In this document: piece by piece, positions 56,100 through 64,000 of the stretch | Layout of the letters: each line of letters starts with the position of its first letter | Position numbering within the stretch: position 1 is the first letter of the stretch | Assembly (NCBI RefSeq): GCF_009914755.1 | Contig: NC_060941.1 | Reading direction: 5' to 3' (one strand) | Length of the DNA stretch: 64,000 nucleotides | Source of the DNA: the human T2T-CHM13v2.0 reference genome, Homo sapiens | Notes under the pieces: generated by a model | Told to the model about the DNA's origin: nothing | The model's input: the letters and a program-made list of their open reading frames with translations, nothing else | The model's database searches: none | Position numbers and translations under genes: made by a program

Positions 56100-57370
56100 C
56101 GAGTGCCACATGTGTGCTTGGCCATCCACTGGTCTCTGAACCCAGATAAGTTTCCAGGCATAGCCGCATTTATTAATGGCTATGAAAGCTGGTCAGTGAA
56201 AGTGAAACCGGTGTCTTTGCACCTTGACATCGGCCACTTGGCTCTGCACTTATGCACTGTGTATGTGTCTCCCATGCCTGAGAAGATTCTGGGGGTGGAT
56301 GTTTTGCACAGCTTGGCAGCTGCGCCGTCTATCACAAACTTAATGGACCACTGGGCAATGGAACTGGACAGTCCATCAAGATCCAGAAACAGTTTGCCTT
56401 CATGGGAGGCTGACAATGGACTTTCACAGTGTTGCTGCAGGGCTATATGCATAGTACCATCGTATGTCATGGTTTTGTTGGTGATGTTATATTAACCTCT
56501 GATTTTCTTGCAGGTTTAGAAGTGGCAACGCCCCTCTTGCCTGGGATTGGGATGATGCAGCTGAAACAGTCTTTCCTGGTAGCCAAGCAGGCTATTTAGC
56601 AGGCACAAGCCCTATGGGTAGTTAACCAGGGGTGCCCATTTAAACTTGATGTGCATGTAACCACAGATAGTTTGGGCTAGGGCATAGCCGTGCATGGAGC
56701 GCTTGGGTGCGCCACTAGGCTATTGTTAGTCCCAGCTGTGGAAGGGAGCTGAGCTCTAGTGTTCCTTAATAAAGAAGCAGTTAGTAATAGCAGGATGGTT
56801 GTGTTCGTGAGTAACGACCCCCTGGGCTGGAAAAGCAGTTAGTAACTGTATATGCTGCCCTTCGGGCTCATAAGAGCGTGGCAGGGTAGGTTACAGTCAT
56901 TGTGTGGAGGACTTACCAATAGCAGAATGGGTATGTTCATGTGTAACAACCCCCTGGACAGGGATGGCACAGACACCCACTTTAGCAAAGTGGGGCACCT
57001 ACTTACAGCAGTGGAGTACACTGAGTACAAGTCCCTTAGCAGCAGAATTACAAGAAATCTTGGGACCTGTAGTCTTAATTCAAGATAAGGCCATGGGGCC
57101 TGAGGCACCCCTAGACCCTGAGCCTTCACCGTTAGGATGGGCATCCCCCCGTTCCTAATAGGGTATGGTATACAGATAGGTCTAGCCGGGGTGCTTCTGC
57201 TGCCTGACTGTTGTTGCAGCCCAGCCTAGTACTAACACCATATGGTATGAAACCAGGTGTAAACAGAGTAGCTAATGAGCTAACTCAGGGCAGTGTGAAT
57301 AATAACCACCAAAAGGGTGACACCTGTGGTAATCCGCACCAATAGCTGGGCAGTTTATCGAGGCTTATGT
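56100..57370 (+). pseudogene. Degenerate pro-pol remnants (protease, RT, RNase H) of HERV-S
   Basis: HVCLAIHWS..NPDKFPG..ILGVDVL (protease); QKQFAF..QWTFTVLLQGYMHS..CHGFVGDVILT from 56384 (RT); WYTDRSSRG at 57166 and VVIRTNSWAVYRGL at ~57326 (RNase H); stops and frameshifts throughout. Confidence 0.8.
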
Positions 57371-57528
57371 ATGTCATGGGCCTGTGTGCCTAAAGCCTAC
57401 GTGTCAAGCTACTGTGTCAAGCCTGTGTGTGTATATCTGGCCTGTATGCCCAAAGCCTACGGTCAGGCTAATGTGTGTCAAACCTGTGTATCCAAAACCT
57501 ACGTCTCCCTCGGCCTGGGGGGGTGGAG

Positions 57529-58136
57529 TGTAAGGCATATGGACGTGCTTTGGTCAAGGAATAGGCTGAGGTGGATATCCAGGCCTGCATGAGTCCAGCG
57601 AGTTTGGTGTGCAGGCGCACACCTCCACTTGTTATATAACCTGTTTGTGTAAGTTCATACTTGACTTGGAGCCACTATTGTCTGTAAAAGGTATAACTGC
57701 CCTGTTGATGCTGTGCACAAGTGACATGGCTCTTAGGCTCTTGGGGCTCAGCTTGGCTCAACATGGCTTAACATGGTGGGTGCCAGGGTGCCCAGAGAAA
57801 GAAAGAGCCAAAGCTATCCATCTATGCAGACAGACAGGAGGGAGCTAGGACACAGCTTGGTTTGCTTGTGCCCAGAGAGAGAAAGAGAGTTAAGCTGCTG
57901 ATCCTGAAGGCAAGGGAGAGCCGGCCACGCAGCTGTGTGTGAGGGTGGCTGGCTCAAGCAGCCTAGACAAGGCGAACAGTGTAAGAGTAAGCTGCTAGTG
58001 AGAAAGCTGTTGATGAAAACTGCTGTGAATAAAACCATATTCACCTGCCTACGGCCCCCCGGAGTGTTCCTTCTGCTCATCCACCCACTCCCCTTGGAAT
58101 GCAGCATGGGCTGGACCTGGACCCCAGGATCTGAGA
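57529..58136 (+). repeat. 3' LTR (LTR18-type), preceded by polypurine tract gggggggtggag (57517-57528)
   Basis: Direct repeat of 54974-55572; terminal CA mutated to GA; AATAAA at 58028-58033. Confidence 0.9.
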
Positions 58137-61100
58137 GTGGATTACCTAAATGGCAACTGCAAAAAAACTTGGACATCCTGATTAAGTGGCAGCGAGAACT
58201 TGGAATATCTGATTAAGTTAAAGATCTTGAGATAGGGATTATCCTGAATGATCTGGGAGGGGCCCAGTGTGATCATAAGAATCCTTATAAATCAGAGAGG
58301 GAGACTGGAAGGCTAGAGTCAGAGAGATTTGCAGATGCTATGTTGTGGCTTTGAAGATGGAGGAAGGGGCCATGAGCCAAGGAATGTATTCAGCCCCCAG
58401 AAATTAGAAAAGTCAGGGAATAGAATCTGCCCTCGAGCCTCTGGATGGACCGCTCTTCTGAGGCCTCCATTTTAGCCCATTGCAACCCATTTCAGATTTC
58501 TGACTTGAGACCAGTAAGATAATACATTTGTGTTGTTTTAAGCAGCTGAATTTGAGGTAATTAGTTACAGCTGCAATAGGTAAATTGACATTAAATAATA
58601 TACTTGACGTTAGGCTTCTTTACTGTAACTCACTTCTGGATGGCATGTTGTTGTCTGTTTTTACCTTTCTCCTTCCCCCCCCCCCCAGTTGATCTATTAG
58701 GAAATAGAGAACTATCTTCATTTCTGCTCCTTCTTCCAGGCTTGAATCTACACAACAGGCCACTCCCCAAAATTCCTCTGCTTAATTTAGAGAGCAGGTT
58801 TCAGGGATTCACCTGGGAACAACAGCAGCAGGCACCTGACTCATATTCCTGGCGGAGAGGAAGGGAGGCCATGTAGCTGCTCTTCCGTGGACGCGGATGC
58901 TTCCTGCCTCATAGCCGGGTCGCCTCCGCGCTAACCCCGTTGAACCTTGCAACCAGCCCCTCTAGAGTGTGGAAGAAAGGAGCATCGACCCAGCCTCAGG
59001 TTTCACTTCTGTTCTAGTTTATCTATCTAACTTAGACCACATGTCTGTGCTTTCAGAAAATTTTCCCATTTTTGAATCACTAACAGTACCCTTTATTCTT
59101 ACTACTGCCAGGGATTCACTATTTTTAAACAGCTTTATTGTCATTTCAGTAGGATTTGGGGAAGAAAAGGAAGCGAATACATGTGTTCAATCCGTCATGT
59201 TGACTTGAAACTGCTGTTTTAAACTGCTCTCTTTCTACGTATTTGATTCCTTTTGCTCTACCCATCCCCATGTGCCTCTACTTGTCAAGTATTGGGAGAT
59301 TATATAGGTTTCTTGTGTTTGTTGTGGTGATCAAAGTTTCTTGGGGCAGCGCCCTCATTATCTGTCAGGCCTGGCTTCTATGATTGAGAACAGGTGCAGC
59401 CAAGCCTTTGCTCTCCCTACCACTTCTGTCTGTCAAATAGAAAGCAGGAGGGAGCTTTTCTGTGGGATCTTTCCTTTCCTCTCAATTCTCTTTGCTGGAG
59501 AGCTCTCCAGGATATTGGCAAGGATCTGAATTTGTGGCTGACCAATGGTTCCACATCCTGCCATGGCCCCCACAAATTTTGCAGTTTTGAGATAGTAGAT
59601 TTTGATGTGGTTCTGCTGGAGTCATATCTCCCATGTAATTTCAATTTAATCAGCTTCCGTTCATGCAGTGAATGATGGGTTCATTTATCTGTGCTTTATT
59701 TGTATATGATGAAGTAATTTTTTGAAAATTTTATACATAAATGGTAGCATTCCCTTATTTCTAAATCAGATGCTGGGCTTCTCTCAATCTTTTGTATATT
59801 CCTTTGATTATTAGAATTATAGGTGGGTGAATTCAAGATAAGAGTTACACATATGTGCCTGAATTATCACTCACAGACGATCAGATATCTTAATGTAATC
59901 AATAATCTTATATCCATTCTCTTTTTATAAGTAGGTAGGTTAGAATTCAGTTTATCCATTATGACTTCATTTTATAGTTGAATCCTCAATTGCATTAGAA
60001 GATATAGAGGCCTCACTGTCTATTTGCATGATGCTTTGGTGAATTCTGCTATATTAGGTTGTTAGGGTCACTGGGGACCAGAATTATTTGAGAAGACTTA
60101 GCATGGAGCATGTCATTTCTTAGAACATGGCTGTAAATGCTTGTTAAACGTGAGAAAATGGGGCATGTTAGGAAAGCCAGAACTGGAAATAAATCCAAAA
60201 AATTAAATATAGCTGATTCTGGGGAGATAAATCCATTTTTAATGATAGAAGGAAATCTAATAGACAATCTAATAGACAAAACATGTTATCTAAAGCTCAA
60301 GGCAATAGACAATAAGTGCTATATATATTTAGGGTCCTAACTCAAAAGTGTGCCAAAAGTGACAGTGGGTAACCAAGAGAGAGATAAAAGATGTCCGGAG
60401 GTGTTACAGATACTTGGAAAAGAAGATACACAAGTAGTTTCAGAATTCTGTCAGCAGGGAGAGAAGGCTCAGGTTTTTTAGCTGAATAGCAGGAAAGATC
60501 AGTCCCAGGGGAAGAGAACTGGCTCTGAATGAAGGAAGTATATATAGGTACTAGGCCTTGTGGATAGGAAGAGACAATAAGAAGAGCTAGATAATTACAG
60601 AATTTTATCTGTCACAATATTGCGTGCTTATAACATCAATAAACTAAAAGTAAAATCACAAAACCACCAACTTTACAGTAAGCTTCTTTGCAAATTGTAT
60701 GGCTTTGTGTTTAATTAAAGCTTACTAACGGGTTGGGCTCAGATAGTTGTACTCAGAATACATTTTGACTTCTTTAAGCCTAAGATAAGAATGTTCATCT
60801 TCATTTGGATGGCATTTATTACACAAACCCAAGAATTCCATGATCATATCAATAAAAATTAGGAGAATTTCATTAGGCACTATAAATAACCCCTTCTCCT
60901 GAGACAAGTAGAGAAGCCCGAGTGAGTAACCAACTGTCCCCAATTGTATTAGCCTTTTAAATAAAGGATTCCCAGCAAACATTCAGAAGAAACCATATGC
61001 CTTCCAGGGATAGGCAGCTGGAAGAGAGGGAAGAGATTAATACAGAAAAAAGCTATAGGCCATCCCGATCCTATTCTTCAGTTCCTTTATTGGAGGCATT

Positions 61101-63149
61101 AAGTTTTATTTTATTAACTTCTTTCTTGCCCTTCAAAAGTTGAGGGTGCTCACTCCAGGGCTTGTGGATATCTGCCCCAGAGAACCTCAGTGCAAAGGTT
61201 TGAAATCACAGCTGGCTGTGATTAGAAGGATTGGGAGAGATCAGTGCTTGATTAACTTTCAGCTGCTATTGGTTTGCCTCAGTTCCTGCAGGAGAATTAA
61301 TCTGTAGGTTCGAGTAAATTTTGGATCTTAATGGATACCAGATACATTGAGCCCACCCAGACCACCAAGATTTTGCAATCCTTTTCCTCACATTTAAATG
61401 GTACAAATGAATTCATTCCTCCTTACTCAGTGAACAGAATAACTCTACCTCAAGGTTTTTCTCATATAGCATTCACTTGATTTTGCCTTCTTTTCCAAGA
61501 AAGTATAGATTCGTTGGGGCAAGGTGCATTTTCAGAAGTATGACTTTAATTATTTGCATTCAGAGGCATTTGGGTGAATAACAATGCATCCTGCTCCCTT
61601 TCTCTTAATTTGTGTTTAGTGCACATAAAATTATGCCAGCTCTGTAATCAATAATTTTCATTCTTTTGCACAAGATTCATCTTCTTCCTCAACTGAATTT
61701 ATGCCGTCCTAGTTAAAGATTCTTGCACTGCCAATATATGCTTATTATTATATTTCGTTATTATCTGGATAACACTAAATAATAGGTTATTTAAGTGTTT
61801 TTATAAGAACTCAGGTTTTGGGACTCTTGCAATCTTTACTGACTCATTTCATAACGAGGAGGAGTTCCTCTTTCCTGAAAGAGTATTGTACTTGTGAATT
61901 GGGAAACTCAACACAAAAGAAAACACCTAGCAAAAAAGTAACACACATGTATTTGTTTAAACCCCAGGAGACTTCAATTTTTCTGATAGATTATTGTGAT
62001 AGCATTGACCTGGGAGACCCACACTGTTAAGATCAGAGACAAGTAAATAAAAATAAAGTATTAATCATCATAAATAAATCAAACAAATTTTCCTAACTAG
62101 CATGTAAGTCATTCCTTTCATAGAACCTAATTGTGGGAAGTGGCAGGAGATAAGCCGAAGGAATTCAGAACTTATCGTAATGCTCATGTATTTCTTTGAA
62201 AATTTTACATAAGTGTAAAAAATAATTTTTCTTTTGTGTTTTTGTTAAAATCACTTACAATGGATTAAAACAATAACAATAAAAGGATGGCTACTTACAT
62301 TCTGGTACAGGAACTCATACAGATAAATGGCCAGAGGTAATTCAATCTTGAATCTCTTGAGGAAATGAACCTGTTAATGTATTTTAAATACATTAGTAAT
62401 TAGAGAAAAGTGAAAAAAAAAAAAAACTCTGGATATCAATGTCTTTGCAGCTCAACTTGGCTGACATTTCCCTTTCGCTAATGAAATTAGAATTTTGAGC
62501 ATGTCAGAAAACACATGATATTTCCAATGCAGTTTGGTTCATCTTACTCTTACGTACATAGTAGTGAACTTGTCTCTAGGCTGAGCAGTGGTTTCTTTGT
62601 TTTACATGGTTTCCTTTCCAGTCTATGGCCTTTCATTAAGTGCATCACAGATAATGCTGAAGGACTAAATCCAAGAAGCAATTGAGTTTACAACAAACTA
62701 AGGATTCAAAGGGCTTTAAAGGAACCAATTTACTCTTCTTCCTGCACTCATCTTTGCTGGAGTGGCTGTGGAGTACAAAAGTGATTAGTCTTCTACCACA
62801 AATGTACTCTGATACCTATGTTTACTCAATTTCAGGAGCATTACCTGTATTTCTCTCATCAAAAGTCCAATCCTCCAAGCTGATTTCGCGTTATTATTCA
62901 GAGAATTGACTTGTTCTCACTAAAGTGAAAGTCTTAGAAGATACTGTATTTTTAAAGTTGTGCTAACTCAAATATGGGCCTACATCTACATGTAGAACCT
63001 TCTCTAAGGTTTTCACGAAAAGTTAGATTAAAAACAAAACATGCTCTGTTTAGAAATATTTTGGAGAAAGCTAGCATTTTTTGAGAAATTAGTTGCTAGA
63101 AATTATTTCTCTTAAGTAGCTCTCACTTAACAAAATATCTTCTCTACTC

Positions 63150-63325
63150 TTTTTTTTTCTTTCTTTCTTTTTTTTTTTTTTTGAGACATGATCTTGCTCT
63201 GTCACCCAGCTGCTGGAGTGTAATGGTGCCATCGCAGTTCACTGCAGCCTGGACCTCCAGGGCTCAGCCTCCTGAGTAGCTGACAACCGCAGGCACACAC
63301 CACCATGCCCAACTAATTTTTGTCC
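63150..63325 (-). mobile_element. Partial AluJ / right-arm monomer
   Basis: Poly-T then gagacatgatcttgctctgtcaccc...caccatgcccaactaattttt, truncated. Confidence 0.8.
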
Positions 63326-64000
63326 TGGCTACTTTTACTCCTAAACCTTCTCCTTCTCCATAAACATCATATTTTTCATAACTTCTCCCCTTCCACTCTT
63401 TATACCAGCAAGACGAATGTTGCCCCAGTGGCCAAATATGTGTTATTTCACATTGCCCTGCTCTAATTAAGGAGGTGTGAAGAAGGAAATGCTAGCAACA
63501 GCAATGATAACTCAGGTGGCTTTGTGTGTGTGTTCTGGGAGTGGAGTGTCTTTAAGTGAGCATATTGGAGCACAGGATAGACAGGAAGAGCTCCAGTGTT
63601 AGTAAAATTATGAATCATTACTATGTTGGGGACTTCTAGAATTTAGGTCCAAAACAATTCTCCTGTGGTTGCAATCCATTATAAGTCATTCAATTAATAA
63701 AGAATGAACCAATTAATGGAAATAATATAAACCATAGACTTCTGAAAAAGTGGTAAGGATTTTTGAAATATATCCTAATGTGCACCAGGAGTCAAGTAAC
63801 ATGGACAGAGTATTTACTCAGCACATAAGTTGTTAGGCACAGATTATTAAGACTAAAGAAAGACACTTCAAATGAAAACACTAAAAAGAAGAGACTTTAA
63901 AAATCAGAAAATGATATTGATGCCCAAGTTTTCAGTTTGGAGAAGAGCAAAGAAATGCAAACAACGCCATTTGTTATTGTATAGTTCTAAAGCCATTTTT

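Larger units (their letters stand above)
54974..58136 (+). mobile_element. HERV-S / HERVL18 provirus, internally deleted, with two LTR18 LTRs
   Basis: Two homologous ~600-bp direct repeats starting TGTAAGG; 5-bp TSD gtggg/gtgga; PBS; PPT; protease/RT/RNase H remnants. Confidence 0.9.
54904..58590 (+). mobile_element. MLT1D-type LTR split by the HERV-S provirus (pieces 54904-54973 and 58137-58590)
   Basis: aggcagaacaatggc...gtcatgtcct on the left continues as attacctaaatggc...gattaagttaaagatcttgagatagggattatcctg...aagataatacatttgtgttgttttaagc on the right. Confidence 0.8.

Noticed and set aside
56052-56495. 147-aa ORF, the longest in the window
   Set aside because: HERV-S protease remnant lacking the catalytic DTG and running out of frame into RT; no evidence of a functional CDS
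60255-60280. Short 10-12-bp tandem duplications (also ~8785 and ~45750)
   Set aside because: Common slippage products with no sign of function

Overview
Primate genomic DNA, almost certainly human: it carries a near-pristine AluYd-lineage element. The window is AT-rich and repeat-dense, and looks intergenic or deep-intronic. I found no credible protein-coding exon; the ORF-track hits are chance or repeat-derived ORFs. It holds about 12 Alus/monomers, several truncated L1PA/L1M fragments, L2/MIR relics, DNA transposons (Tigger3b, MER82, MER45, MER58) and solo LTRs (MLT1, MER34, LTR16/33-like). The most structured element is a ~3.2-kb two-LTR HERV-S/HERVL18 (LTR18) provirus nested inside an MLT1D. 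It has a tRNA-Ser(GCT) PBS, a PPT and a 5-bp TSD. Its internal region has shrunk to ~2 kb and has lost the protease and RT catalytic motifs plus integrase/env. Other points of interest: a very young, possibly polymorphic AluYd; an ancient twin-primed (5'-inverted) L1MA; a perfect 42-bp tandem duplication; a template-switch hairpin in an L2; candidate lncRNA exons; and several motif-dense candidate enhancers/CTCF sites. Family names come from recalled consensus sequences, not a database search. I cannot support a wholly new biological system from the sequence alone.
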